This document shows positions 10,508 to 21,541 of a stretch of 64,000 bases of DNA, piece after piece. The translations under genes were made by a program, and so were the position numbers. The stretch comes from a virus. The DNA is taken from positions 3,322 to 67,321 of IMG/VR virus record IMGVR_UViG_3300049595_004364. One strand, written 5' to 3'. The notes under the pieces were generated by a model that searched no databases, was not told the DNA's origin, and was given only the letters and a program-made list of their open reading frames with translations. Numbering within the stretch: the stretch's first letter is position 1; every line of letters starts with the position of its first letter.

Positions 10508-11195
10508 GTGTAAAGCATGGTTAAATAGTCATACTGACATTTCTGAACCTTGTGCTGCTATTATCACACAAAAAGGTAAGTATAAATTAGTACCCCTCAG
10601 CAATACTAGTGAGGACTCAGAAAACTTTTTTGTCCTTGGTGCAGACTATGTCAAACTGTCACTAAATAGCGATATACTGTTCATAGTACATGCGCACCCC
10701 GATAATTGTATTCCTAGCGAGTATGATATATCTTGCTGCAATACTATAAACATTCCTTATGTAGTTTTTAATAAAGAAACGCTAGACCACTCTACGATAT
10801 ATCCTAGTAACTACAAAAACTTAATTGGGCGAGAATATAAGTTTGGCACTTATGATTGCTTTGAGGCGTGTAGAGACTGGTACATGTATCACAATGTTAT
10901 ATTGCCCGTTAGAAAAGACTGGAAGGATGACTGGTGGTTAGAAGGACTAGACTATATAAAAGACTTCGAGTCCTGGGGATTTAAAGAAGTAACTTCATTA
11001 CAATACGGCGACTTATTGGTATTTGGGCAAGACGTTTATAATCATATCGGTGTATATATTGATAATGATATATTTTTTCATCATGCCGTCAATAGATTAT
11101 CTTGCAGAGAAAGTATCTATCCTTTCTGGGGTAGTATGTTAAAAAAGGTTTACAGATATGAGAAAAGTAATATTGCAAGGAACTCTTGGAGATAA
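10470..11195 (+). CDS. Tail assembly protein K (JAB + NlpC/P60)
   Basis: 'HAHP...PSEYD' JAB motif; 'DCF...HIGVY...HH' NlpC/P60 motif. Confidence 0.9.
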   Translation: MEVSLLQEDLIDKCKAWLNSHTDISEPCAAIITQKGKYKLVPLSNTSEDSENFFVLGADYVKLSLNSDILFIVHAHPDNCIPSEYDISCCNTINIPYVVFNKETLDHSTIYPSNYKNLIGREYKFGTYDCFEACRDWYMYHNVILPVRKDWKDDWWLEGLDYIKDFESWGFKEVTSLQYGDLLVFGQDVYNHIGVYIDNDIFFHHAVNRLSCRESIYPFWGSMLKKVYRYEKSNIARNSWR

Positions 11196-11958
11196 GTTTG
11201 GGTCTTTTTGGGAGATAGATGCCAATACGTATCAGGAAATTTTTTCTTGCATCGAAGCTAACTACCCTTCGTTCAGAAAGGAATTAATAGATATAGCTGA
11301 AGCAGGCGGCGACCTTGATATACAAACTGGAGAAAAGTTTCTAGAGGTAGAAGATATGTTTTACCCCGTTGATGCCGATACAGTAGTTATTACTCCTATT
11401 CCTGCTGGAGCCAAGTCAGGTGGCGCTAAGATAATGGCTGCTATTGCTATTGTCGTTCTTGCTTTTGTTATATCACCTGTTTTAGGTACATTTGCTGCTG
11501 CTAGTGCCGGTACTGTCGGCGCAACTTATTTTGCACTAACAGCTGCTTTCTTATTGGCAGCCAATCTTGCACTAACAGGCATAGCCCAATTGTTAGCACC
11601 AGATCCTTCTGTTGATACCAATGACCAAGATTATTTATTTTCTGGCCCGGAAAATACCATTGCTGCCGGCAACGTTGTACCTGTATTATTTGGTGAGATG
11701 ATAGTTGGTGGAGTAGTAATCAGCTCGGGCATTGGGGCTAGCTATGCACCTTCTGGGCATGTAGGAATTGGGGGTATACCCACAAATCCTTTTACACTTG
11801 GAGTGCTGCCTTCTAACTTCCCGATAGTTTCTATACCAATGCCAGGAATTATTACTATTACTCCTCACTATCCTTCTTCTACGGGTATTGTGGAAAACCC
11901 AATTACTATTATTATTGATACGCCTTACCCGGCATATGATGGAACAGAAGCACGATGA
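11158..11958 (+). CDS. Tail assembly protein I (lambda gpI-like)
   Basis: 'LQGTLGDKFG' and 'YLFSGPENT...VPVLFGEMIVG' motifs, hydrophobic middle. Confidence 0.85.
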   Translation: MRKVILQGTLGDKFGSFWEIDANTYQEIFSCIEANYPSFRKELIDIAEAGGDLDIQTGEKFLEVEDMFYPVDADTVVITPIPAGAKSGGAKIMAAIAIVVLAFVISPVLGTFAAASAGTVGATYFALTAAFLLAANLALTGIAQLLAPDPSVDTNDQDYLFSGPENTIAAGNVVPVLFGEMIVGGVVISSGIGASYAPSGHVGIGGIPTNPFTLGVLPSNFPIVSIPMPGIITITPHYPSSTGIVENPITIIIDTPYPAYDGTEAR

Positions 11959-14900
11959 GATATTATAAAAACTCTACTGGAATAGTTTTTGACCTTATTA
12001 GCGAAGGACCTATCAGCCTTGTTAATGGATTAAATTCTATATATTTAAATAGACGTCCAATAGCTAATGCATCTTTAGGCAGGGCCGCTTTAGGAGGCCC
12101 AGCATTAGTATTTTTAAATAATAATGGATCTTCCATATACTTAGGGGAACAAAGATTAGGTATTGGAACTGAGATTCCTATACTAATTAAAAAAGCGGCT
12201 AAACAAAGCACAACTACTGTAGTAGCTGGTGCTTTTACTATAAATGCTGCCTCCTTTTTTACTTCTAATATGTTAGCCAGCAATTCTGACGGGGATGGAG
12301 GGCTATATCAAAAAGTTCGTATTCCAGGTGCCGGTGTAGGCGGTGAAGAATATGAGGGAGAAATTTTAAGTATTAGTGGTAACATTGCTACAATGGATAC
12401 CCCTATTGGTACTAGTATAACCGGCCCAGTATATTGGGATCACTTTACTTATGGAATTGAATTTAATAATAATGGAGTGTACAGCATTACTTTAAATGTA
12501 GCGGCGGCTAACTCAACTTTTTGGAACGCAAATTTTACGCCGCCAAGCAGTAACTGGACTAGTGTTGAAGCTATCATTGGAGCAGGAAGATTAAATATAA
12601 ATGCTGACAATACTAGCCTTAATTTTAAGGACGTAAAAGTTAATTTTAGAAATGGTGCGGCTAATCAGCCCCCTGTAATAAATACAACAGGTTTTTCTTC
12701 CGCAAGCTATGGCATAAATCTAAATGCAGAATTAACTCAGGTTACAACAGCTATTCAAGAAGATGGAACGTCTGTAGCAATTTATAATAATAAAACTAAT
12801 CCTTGGTGGACTTCTGATAGTATAGGTGAAGTACAGCCAGAATCCGGTGGGTCTGTTTTTGTTTTAAATACAGGATCGGGTGCTAATGGATTAAATATAG
12901 GTTCTCCTTCTGAAGTGGATGAAGTAGTTATTACTATAAATACTCCTGAAGGGTTGTATGGAATTAAGGAAAATGAAGATCAAAGTAAAACAAATGCAGG
13001 TGCTGTTTTCCAGGTATTTCTAAAATATAAAGTAAATGCTGCAGCAGACTGGCAAAGAAAACTAATACTAGGTCCTTCTAAAGAAGCTCTAACAGCTTCC
13101 ACTGGTTATTTTGTTCATAACCAAGGTGCTTTGCGTAATGGAGGAAATTATTCTGGGGTACTTAAAGCCGAAGTAGACTCTGCAGTTAACTTTGATTTTA
13201 GAATAAATCTACAAGAATTTAGACCTTTTGATAATTTTGAAATAGAAATTTATAAGATTACCCCCGATAGATTTAAAGTTGGAAAGTGGACTTATTTTCA
13301 AAAGACTGTAGTTACTTCTGCCCAGGCTTATGTTCATGACAAGTTATCTTACCCTTACTCTGCGTATGCCGCAATAGAATTTGATTCCCAAGAATTTCAA
13401 GGCAATATTCCAGAAAGAGCCTATCATTGTTATGGGGTCGATATGGATCTGCCAACAAATTATATAACAAGAGAAGAATCTGCTAATGGTATTGCTAATT
13501 ATAACAGATCAGGTGGTGTAGATACCGGGGTTTACCAGGTTTGGAACGGAACTTTTAGAAGGGGTTACTGTAACAACCCGGTTTGGAACCTTAGAGAGAT
13601 CTTACTAAATAATAGATGGGGGTTAGGTAACTGGCTTACTGCTGATCAAATAAATAAGTACTCTTTATACTCTTTAGCAAGATACTGTGATGAACTAGTG
13701 CCAGATGGTAAAGGCGGATTAGAACCTCGATTTACCTGTGGTGTATACTTAACTCAATCTACAGAAGCTTACAAAGTAATTAAAGACTTTGCAACAACAA
13801 TGCTAGCCTTGCCCTACTGGGTTGATGGAGAGTTTATTTTAGAGGGAGATAGGCCTGCTGAGCCTGTTTATACATTTACTAAAGGTAACATAGAAGGAGG
13901 CATTTTTTCTTATGAAGGCACAGGTAATAGAACTAGAGCCAATCAGATAGCTGTTACTTTCAATGATAAAGATAACTTTTATGAGCAAAGCGTAGAATTA
14001 ATAGACGATATAGATAATATTGTTTCAACTAATAGACTAATAACTGAAGAAGTTGTTGCATTCGGCGCCACTACAAGAAGTCAGGCTATACGATATGGTA
14101 AGTGGAAGCTTTTAACTGCTAAGCTACAAAAAGAATTAGTATCTTTTAAAACTGGAGAAAATGCGGGGTATTTAAAACCAGGAAGCGTTATAAATATTCA
14201 GGATGCAGATAGGGACAGAGTTAGATACTCAGGTAGAGTTGTTAGTGCTACTACGGGGCAAGTAACAATTGATAAGCCCGTAACATTAAATGTAGGAGAA
14301 ACATATCAACTACACGTTTTTGTTTCTGGGTCTGCTACGTATCTTTTACAAGAAACAGCTATTATAGGAGGAATATCTTATAGCTATGGAAACATACTAC
14401 CTATTTATACGGAGGCTGAAGCCGAAGTTTTAAGAGATGATAGTAATAATCCGGTTAGTGTTCAATTCAGCCCAGATTCTCACCTCCAAACTAGAACTAT
14501 AACAAGTAGTGTTGGGTCCGTGTTAAATGTTGAGTCGTTCACTGCAGCTCCCGAGTCAGAAGTAATTTGGGCAATCACAGCAAAAAATAATACGGGTACT
14601 CTAGTAGGAAGCCCTAAAACGTATAGAATTTTAGGTATTGGAGAAGATAATAACTCTTATACAATTACTGCTGTTGAGCACTTTAACGCAAAATTTGATA
14701 GTATAGATGAGGATTATCTTGCGGACCCCCCAGAGTATGTTAGAAGATACACAGAGGTACCTTCTGTAACTAACTTTACAGCAACTTTGCAATTTAATTC
14801 CGAGGGTATTTCAGAAGCTAATTCTAGCGTAACCCCAAACATCGTGCTAAGCTGGGATCCCCCAGTAGAAAATGGAACTATATATTCCGATTTTAATAGG

Positions 14901-15224
14901 TATGAAGTTAAGTACAATAAACCTGACGGCTCTCTTACTATAATTGATGTACCAAAAGACTCAATTTATTATGAGCTAAAAAATGCGCCAGAGGGACTAC
15001 ATAATTTTTCAATTCAAGCTGTAAGTAATACGGGTCCCGTATCAGTATCAAAAATTTCTAGTATTGTAGTATCAAGGGATAATTTTGTGCCCGGAGTATT
15101 TAAACAGTCGTCCTTGCTAAAAGGAGGAGTATTTAATAAAACTATATCCTTCTCTGGTGGAACCCTTACAACTCCTAGCACCTATACATTTGTAGCACCT
15201 TCGGGGGCTCAGAAAGTTTTATAA
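11955..15224 (+). CDS. Tip attachment/central fibre protein J (gpJ / T5 pb3-like)
   Basis: 'DLISEGPI', 'NNPVW', 'RYCDELVPDGKGGLEPRFTC', C-terminal FN3 domain. Confidence 0.92.
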   Translation: MRYYKNSTGIVFDLISEGPISLVNGLNSIYLNRRPIANASLGRAALGGPALVFLNNNGSSIYLGEQRLGIGTEIPILIKKAAKQSTTTVVAGAFTINAASFFTSNMLASNSDGDGGLYQKVRIPGAGVGGEEYEGEILSISGNIATMDTPIGTSITGPVYWDHFTYGIEFNNNGVYSITLNVAAANSTFWNANFTPPSSNWTSVEAIIGAGRLNINADNTSLNFKDVKVNFRNGAANQPPVINTTGFSSASYGINLNAELTQVTTAIQEDGTSVAIYNNKTNPWWTSDSIGEVQPESGGSVFVLNTGSGANGLNIGSPSEVDEVVITINTPEGLYGIKENEDQSKTNAGAVFQVFLKYKVNAAADWQRKLILGPSKEALTASTGYFVHNQGALRNGGNYSGVLKAEVDSAVNFDFRINLQEFRPFDNFEIEIYKITPDRFKVGKWTYFQKTVVTSAQAYVHDKLSYPYSAYAAIEFDSQEFQGNIPERAYHCYGVDMDLPTNYITREESANGIANYNRSGGVDTGVYQVWNGTFRRGYCNNPVWNLREILLNNRWGLGNWLTADQINKYSLYSLARYCDELVPDGKGGLEPRFTCGVYLTQSTEAYKVIKDFATTMLALPYWVDGEFILEGDRPAEPVYTFTKGNIEGGIFSYEGTGNRTRANQIAVTFNDKDNFYEQSVELIDDIDNIVSTNRLITEEVVAFGATTRSQAIRYGKWKLLTAKLQKELVSFKTGENAGYLKPGSVINIQDADRDRVRYSGRVVSATTGQVTIDKPVTLNVGETYQLHVFVSGSATYLLQETAIIGGISYSYGNILPIYTEAEAEVLRDDSNNPVSVQFSPDSHLQTRTITSSVGSVLNVESFTAAPESEVIWAITAKNNTGTLVGSPKTYRILGIGEDNNSYTITAVEHFNAKFDSIDEDYLADPPEYVRRYTEVPSVTNFTATLQFNSEGISEANSSVTPNIVLSWDPPVENGTIYSDFNRYEVKYNKPDGSLTIIDVPKDSIYYELKNAPEGLHNFSIQAVSNTGPVSVSKISSIVVSRDNFVPGVFKQSSLLKGGVFNKTISFSGGTLTTPSTYTFVAPSGAQKVL

Positions 15225-18200
15225 TGAGTTTTACTAGTTTAGATTTTACAAGTATGGGTTCAAATGCCTATATTGTTTATAATGTTGACACTGGCTTTAA
15301 GCTTCTAACAGAAGTGTTAGACGGGCCTGTTGCTTACTTATCGGATGGTGCAGCAGTATCACTTGGTAACTGTTATATGCAGGGACCCGTACTTACGACA
15401 CTAACAGGGTCTTTTTCTACACTTAGCAGTAGAGATAGACCTATTGTAAAAGTCGGGTCTTCTTGGGCAGTAGTAACGCAATTTTTGGATAATTCTAATG
15501 TTGTTTTAGATAGAACGTTTGATAAAGGTAGACTCTGCACTATACTTAGTGGTACAGTTACTACTGTAAACAACTATACTGCTGGCACTGCAATTACCTT
15601 TGAAAGCACTGGTGTACTACCCACAAATATTACAGCGGGTCAAATTTATTATGTTTTAACTGCAACTACACAAACTTTTACGTTTAGCGCTACTGTAGGT
15701 GGGTCTGCTATAACTACGTCAGGAGGGTCTGGACTTCATTCTGTTTATAGAGTGTTTAGCGCTATTACGCCTTCTTATGCCCCAGATACTATAAAAGACA
15801 CTATTATTGCTACTGTTACAAAAACAGGCACAAGCCCTAATTTTGTATACAATATAGACCCTTACTATTCAGTTAATAATGAGTCAACCACTATTATTAC
15901 TACTGTTACTGCTCTACCTGTATCAGGAGAGTACGTAGGTCAGTTAGTACTATTTACTAACCTAATCTACACTTGGAATGGAACTAGCTGGGTTACTTCT
16001 TACGGAGAAGATGGGGCTACCGTAACTTTAACGACCTCAAGCCAAGCTTTTACATACACTACAAGCGGAACCACACCTACTCCTGCATCTGCAACTATTA
16101 CTGCAAACGTATTAAATGTAACTAATCCCCAGTACAGATTTCTTCTAAACGGCAGCGAAGTTCAGGCTTGGGGAATTACGCCTAACTACCCTTATACACC
16201 TCAAGCTAACTTTACTAATATGCCTGACTTAATAAAGGTAGAAGTTAGAGAAGGTACCGGCTCTGTTATAGCTTCTGATATTTTAAGTACTTTTGGCGTC
16301 AAACCCGGAGAGAACGGAGATGACGCTGTAACAGTGATAATGACTAATGAAGCGCATACTTTAGCTAGAGATGGTGCTTCTGTTGACTATAGTAACTCTG
16401 GTACTTCATTTATTGTATATATTGGCACCACTGTTTGTGCTTTTGGAGCTTCTGGTGCATATACCTATAGTGTATCTGCTACTAACAATAATATAGTTGC
16501 CGCAACTCCTACTAGTGGTGTCTATGGAAATGCTAGTGGACTTGCAACGGGAGTACTTTCGGCAACTATTACATTTACTATCACTATACGCGGACCGGAT
16601 GCACAAATATATGCTACGGTGACTAAAGTACAAAGTTTTTCCGTTTCCGAAGCGGGTAGAGATGTGCAAGTTTCTACCGGAGCTACAGCTCCTTCTAGCC
16701 CAAGTACAGGGGATATATGGTACAACGGTGACGTAGCTTTTTATTACAATGGCACTGTTTGGGTACAAATTGTTAATGCCCCCACAGGTACCAGAAGTTT
16801 ATCTTCGCTATCTGATGAGGGTATTTATACTGGTGAAATTGCATATTATTCTGGGGATTATTATATTTGGGACGGTGCTCTGTGGCTATTAGCAATTGAT
16901 GGAATAACTTTAGCCTTATCTAATCAAACTCATACGCTACCAGCTAGTTCTGCTGGTGTTCCTAGCACTTATGTAGGGGCTAGTACAAGGGTTTATGTTT
17001 ATTCCTCTGGAACCGACGATACAGCTAATTGGACTTTAAGTGCTTCTACTACCAATGTTACCGGCTCGTTTGGGTCCGGTGCTAATAGTAATCTTTATAC
17101 TGTTACTAACTTGTCACAGCCTGCAGGATTTGTTGATATAACGGCAACTAAAGGTTCAAGAACTAAAACAGCTAGATTTAGTTTAAGCACTTCTAATGCA
17201 GGAACTAACGGAGTTGCAATTAGACTAAGAGGCAACGTTCTTGCTGTTAAACAAAATAATAGTGGTGGACGTTCCCCTGGTACTATAATATTTAAAGCAG
17301 AAAATGTTTCTTCTTCTGGGGTTACTACTTACACCGGAGATATAAAAATAGAAAGCGGTACCAATGGTACAGTTTTTGGTACAAATCACGGAACAGTTAA
17401 TGGTACGGAGTCTTCCTTAGACATAACGGGTTCGAGCAATACATTTTTTAGAGGTATACTGTACGTTACGGGTACCTCAACCATTATTGACGAGCAAGTT
17501 ATTTCAGTTATATCTGATGGCTTAGACGGTAACTCAGGTGGAACGGTATCTAGATTAGATCTATCGAACGATAGCCACTCTATTCCAGCAACTTCTGATG
17601 GTACTGTACTATCCTACGATGGTGCAGATACAGAGCTACGAATTTACAAGGGGCAAGCTTTAGACACTGGGTGGACATTTTCTGAGATTTCGGAAACTAA
17701 CGTTTTAGGCTCTTTCCCAGGTAGCAGTTCAACCTCTACAGCAAACCCCGCTGTTTGGACAGTATCTAGTTGGAACGGAACGGCTGATGTAGCCTATGTA
17801 GATTTTCAAGCGACAAAAACTGGGGAGGCTACACAGTATGCGACTTTTAGCTTAACAAGAGTTAGAGGAGGTGCAAATGGAAGCAGCCCCACGGTATATA
17901 AGTTAGTACTTTCTAGGAATTCTGTAATAAAAAACCCTTCAGGTGTATTTACTCCAGCCTCTTTAACTTTTTCTGCTGTAAGCATTACTGGAAATAACTT
18001 GCCTGTATCTTATGCAGGCACTATAAAGTATCAAATTGATACTGGTAGCGGATTTGGCTCCGAAATTACAGGCACTTCTTACACACCAAGTGGTAACGTT
18101 AGAGATATAAAAGTTAACTTATACGATGGAACAACTCTACTAGACTCGGAAACTATACCTGTTATTGTAGACGGACCTCCTGGAATAAATACCGCTACTA

Positions 18201-20599
18201 TTAGCTTATATAACAAAAATACAAGTGCTGTTACACCTCCAGCTGCATTTACTGGCACTGCAACTTATACATTTGCTACTAGTGCAGTTACAGGGCTAAC
18301 CTTAAATGGGTGGTCTACAAGCGTACCAGCTATAGCTAACGGAGAGTACTTGTGGGTTAGGCAAGCGGTAGCGTCTTCTAATGTTGCTACCGATGATATT
18401 GCAATTGGTGAGTGGTCTGGTGCTGTTGTACTGTCAAACGGAGGCATAGATGGGTTGAATACAACACCTTTATTTTTATACAATAAAAATACAAGTGCTG
18501 TTACACCTCCAACTGCGTTTACTGGTACTGCAACTTATACATTTGCTACAGACTCTCTAACTAATCTTACCTTAAATGGTTGGACACGTACAGCGCCTTC
18601 TTTAATTGCCGGAGAGTACCTGTGGGTTAGACAAGCAGTAGCGTCTTCTAATACTGCTACTGATACCATTGCAATTGGAGAGTGGTCTGCAGCCGTAGTA
18701 GCAGGAGTAGCAGGTACTAATGGGCCCGCTGGGTTAAATAATACCACTATTAGCTTATACAACAAAAATACAAGCGCTGTTACACCCCCAACTGCGTTTA
18801 CTGGTACTGCAACCTATACATTTGCTACTAGTGCAGTTACAGGACTAACTTTAAATGGGTGGTCCACAAGCGTGCCAGCCATAACTAACGGAGAGTACTT
18901 ATGGGTTAGACAAGCAGTAGCATCTTCTAATACTGCTACTGACACTATTGCAATTGGTGAATGGTCTGGGGCTGTTGTGCTTTCAAATGGGGGCATAGAT
19001 GGGCTAAATACAACGCCTTTATTTTTATATAATAAAAACACTAGCGCTGTTACACCTCCGACCGCATTTACAGGCACTGCAACTTATACTTTTGCTACAG
19101 ATTCATTAACCGGTCTTACTCTTAATAGCTGGGCACGAACTGCTCCTTCTTTATCCGCAGGAGAATACTTATGGGTTAGACAAGCGGTAGCATCTTCTAA
19201 TACTGCTACTGATACTATTGCAATTGGAGAGTGGTCTGTAGCAGCAGTAGCAGGAGTAGCAGGTACTAATGGACCTGCTGGACTAAATAATGCTACCATT
19301 AACTTGTATAATAAAAATACAAGTGCTGTTACACCCCCAGCTGCATTTACTGGTACTGCAACTTATACATTTGCTACTGCTACAATTACAGGGCTAACCT
19401 TAAATGGATGGTCTACAAGCGTACCAGCCATAACTAACGGAGAGTACTTATGGGTTAGACAAGCAACAGCGTCTTCTAGTACTGCTACTGATGATATCGC
19501 AATTGGTGAATGGTCTGGTGCTATTGTGCTTTCAGTTGGGGGTACAAACGGTACCTCTGCAGTGAGTGGCTATCTAACTAATGAGTCCCAAGCTTTATTT
19601 GCATATGCTAATGGAACTATTACTTCTTATACACCCGCTACAGGGTCTTTTGTTATAGTGAGTGGTACCACAGATATTAGTGCTAGCTTTACATTGTCTA
19701 CTCTCTCAAACCCACAAAACTTAACTGTTGCTTATGTTAACAGAACCTATACGGTTAGTGCGGGGTTTGATGCAAACGAAGATACAGCAAGTTTAACTAT
19801 AAGGGCTACAGGGTCTGGTGCTTACGCAGGCATTACTATAGATAAAGTTTTTTCTTTATCTAAAACTAGAGGTGGGTATGAAATTGTCGCTACTTTACCC
19901 GCAGGAGGAGACCCTAGAAATTTTGCAGGTAGTATAGTTTTTCTAACTACAGATAATAAGCTTTATAGATATAATGGCACAGCATGGGTAGCTACTGTCC
20001 CTGCTGGAGACATAACGGGCCAGTTAATTGCTGCTCAAATTGCTTCGTTGGCCGCTTCACAGGTTACTGGTCAGTTAACTGATGCTCAGTTGGCGGGTAT
20101 TGCAGCAGCTAAACTTACTGGCACGATAGCAAACACACAAATAGCAGATGGGGCAATATCTACCGCCAAAATAGCTGCGGGAGCTGTAACTGCCGCTAGT
20201 ATTGCTGCAGATACTATTACGGCCGCTAATATTGCTGCTGGTGCAATTACTGCATCTGAACTTGCGGCTGGATCTGTTACCGCCGCTAGTATTGCTGCTG
20301 GTACAATAACTGCTACTCAAATTGCAGCTGATACTATTACAGCAAATCAAATAGCAGCTAATGCTATTACTGCAACCGAGCTCAATGCTAATGCGGTTAC
20401 AGCGGATAAAATAAATGCTGGGGCTGTAACAGCGGGTAAAATTTCTGTCACAGAACTTAGCGCAATTAGCGCAAATATGGGTACTGTTACAGCAGGCTTA
20501 ATTCGTAGTGGGACAGGCGGAGATAGAACAGAAATAACACCACAGCGCATAGAGGTATATGCAGGCGGCACTTTACGTGTTAGATTAGGAATATGGTAA
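15224..20599 (+). CDS. Large tail fibre/receptor-binding protein with tandem repeats
   Basis: 1791 aa, Ser/Thr/Gly-rich, 'L(S/T)NE(S/A)H' modules, five ~90-aa repeats, C-terminal 'ITA..IAA' repeats ending 'RVRLGIW'. Confidence 0.85.
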   Translation: MSFTSLDFTSMGSNAYIVYNVDTGFKLLTEVLDGPVAYLSDGAAVSLGNCYMQGPVLTTLTGSFSTLSSRDRPIVKVGSSWAVVTQFLDNSNVVLDRTFDKGRLCTILSGTVTTVNNYTAGTAITFESTGVLPTNITAGQIYYVLTATTQTFTFSATVGGSAITTSGGSGLHSVYRVFSAITPSYAPDTIKDTIIATVTKTGTSPNFVYNIDPYYSVNNESTTIITTVTALPVSGEYVGQLVLFTNLIYTWNGTSWVTSYGEDGATVTLTTSSQAFTYTTSGTTPTPASATITANVLNVTNPQYRFLLNGSEVQAWGITPNYPYTPQANFTNMPDLIKVEVREGTGSVIASDILSTFGVKPGENGDDAVTVIMTNEAHTLARDGASVDYSNSGTSFIVYIGTTVCAFGASGAYTYSVSATNNNIVAATPTSGVYGNASGLATGVLSATITFTITIRGPDAQIYATVTKVQSFSVSEAGRDVQVSTGATAPSSPSTGDIWYNGDVAFYYNGTVWVQIVNAPTGTRSLSSLSDEGIYTGEIAYYSGDYYIWDGALWLLAIDGITLALSNQTHTLPASSAGVPSTYVGASTRVYVYSSGTDDTANWTLSASTTNVTGSFGSGANSNLYTVTNLSQPAGFVDITATKGSRTKTARFSLSTSNAGTNGVAIRLRGNVLAVKQNNSGGRSPGTIIFKAENVSSSGVTTYTGDIKIESGTNGTVFGTNHGTVNGTESSLDITGSSNTFFRGILYVTGTSTIIDEQVISVISDGLDGNSGGTVSRLDLSNDSHSIPATSDGTVLSYDGADTELRIYKGQALDTGWTFSEISETNVLGSFPGSSSTSTANPAVWTVSSWNGTADVAYVDFQATKTGEATQYATFSLTRVRGGANGSSPTVYKLVLSRNSVIKNPSGVFTPASLTFSAVSITGNNLPVSYAGTIKYQIDTGSGFGSEITGTSYTPSGNVRDIKVNLYDGTTLLDSETIPVIVDGPPGINTATISLYNKNTSAVTPPAAFTGTATYTFATSAVTGLTLNGWSTSVPAIANGEYLWVRQAVASSNVATDDIAIGEWSGAVVLSNGGIDGLNTTPLFLYNKNTSAVTPPTAFTGTATYTFATDSLTNLTLNGWTRTAPSLIAGEYLWVRQAVASSNTATDTIAIGEWSAAVVAGVAGTNGPAGLNNTTISLYNKNTSAVTPPTAFTGTATYTFATSAVTGLTLNGWSTSVPAITNGEYLWVRQAVASSNTATDTIAIGEWSGAVVLSNGGIDGLNTTPLFLYNKNTSAVTPPTAFTGTATYTFATDSLTGLTLNSWARTAPSLSAGEYLWVRQAVASSNTATDTIAIGEWSVAAVAGVAGTNGPAGLNNATINLYNKNTSAVTPPAAFTGTATYTFATATITGLTLNGWSTSVPAITNGEYLWVRQATASSSTATDDIAIGEWSGAIVLSVGGTNGTSAVSGYLTNESQALFAYANGTITSYTPATGSFVIVSGTTDISASFTLSTLSNPQNLTVAYVNRTYTVSAGFDANEDTASLTIRATGSGAYAGITIDKVFSLSKTRGGYEIVATLPAGGDPRNFAGSIVFLTTDNKLYRYNGTAWVATVPAGDITGQLIAAQIASLAASQVTGQLTDAQLAGIAAAKLTGTIANTQIADGAISTAKIAAGAVTAASIAADTITAANIAAGAITASELAAGSVTAASIAAGTITATQIAADTITANQIAANAITATELNANAVTADKINAGAVTAGKISVTELSAISANMGTVTAGLIRSGTGGDRTEITPQRIEVYAGGTLRVRLGIW
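18180..19550 (+). repeat. Five tandem intragenic repeats in A-B-A-B-A order (270/279 bp)
   Basis: The 'YNKNTSAVTPP' coding unit recurs at about 18211, 18481, 18760, 19030 and 19309. Confidence 0.95.
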
Positions 20600-20859
20600 T
20601 GCCACAAGGATTACAGATTTTCAATGCATCAGGTCAAATAACATTAGATATAGGCTCTAGACCTATGAAACTTTTGCAGGTAAATAGCCTAACTGCGGGT
20701 ACAAATCTTAGCGTTTCTGTCTCGGGTACTATAGTGCCTATAGTAGCAAACTCTTCACTAAACTACACACCAATTATTACAGTTTCAAGTAGTTCAGTAG
20801 ATGTTACCTGGAGATCGGGGTCTACTGGCGTTGCGACATTACTTTTACAGGAGTATTAA
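20593..20859 (+). CDS. Small minor tail protein
   Basis: 'PQGLQIFNASGQITLD' motif typical of genes downstream of gpJ. Confidence 0.65.
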   Translation: MVMPQGLQIFNASGQITLDIGSRPMKLLQVNSLTAGTNLSVSVSGTIVPIVANSSLNYTPIITVSSSSVDVTWRSGSTGVATLLLQEY

Positions 20860-21534
20860 ATGCCGATAGGATTTCAAAGTTTTATACCTGGAGGGTCTAT
20901 TGTACAAATAGATTCAGAAAGGTTTACTTATATGTTAAAACAAAAAGGCACATTAACAGGGACTTTTACAAGTGGAAGTTTTGGCGGAGGGTTTTATGTT
21001 GCTAGTGTTACTATTACAGGTTGTAATACTCCAATAATGTTTTCTGCTGCGGGCTCTGCAGTTTCAGGTTCTACTAATAATGGGGGAGGTAGTTGGACTT
21101 TTAGTTTTCGCGCTAACTCTTCTAGTATATCATATGCTTTATTTGATATTGGCCTAAGTAGTGGCTCTACTTTTGGATTACAGCTTTTTAACTCATCAAA
21201 TCAGTTAACTTTCGATTCTAACTTGGTTCCTTTAACAATAGTTTTTTCTGGGACTGAAAATATATTTACAGGCGTTTTTACACCCGCGTTTTTTACAGGA
21301 GAGTCGGGGAGAGTATATTACGCGTCAGGTATGGATAGTTATAGTTCTATAGCAGGTACCGAAGTATTTCCTGGAGATTTTGAAGACTATCAATCTTATG
21401 CGATCATGGAAAAAACTGGAAATGATTATAGTATAGGGTCAGTAGGTTTGGTAGGAAGTACTAATGACGGAAATAAAAATGATGGAACAGTTGGAAATAT
21501 ACCTTGGCTTTTAGCCGATGTAACTTATACATAG
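20860..21534 (+). CDS. Minor tail protein
   Basis: Contains 'FGLQLFNSSNQLTFDS', related to the previous ORF. Confidence 0.65.
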   Translation: MPIGFQSFIPGGSIVQIDSERFTYMLKQKGTLTGTFTSGSFGGGFYVASVTITGCNTPIMFSAAGSAVSGSTNNGGGSWTFSFRANSSSISYALFDIGLSSGSTFGLQLFNSSNQLTFDSNLVPLTIVFSGTENIFTGVFTPAFFTGESGRVYYASGMDSYSSIAGTEVFPGDFEDYQSYAIMEKTGNDYSIGSVGLVGSTNDGNKNDGTVGNIPWLLADVTYT

Positions 21535-21541
21535 GAGAAAA

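Noticed and set aside
18180-19550. DGR template/variable repeat or CRISPR array
   Set aside because: The repeats are in-frame coding units with mostly synonymous, non-adenine-specific changes; no reverse transcriptase, spacers or cas genes
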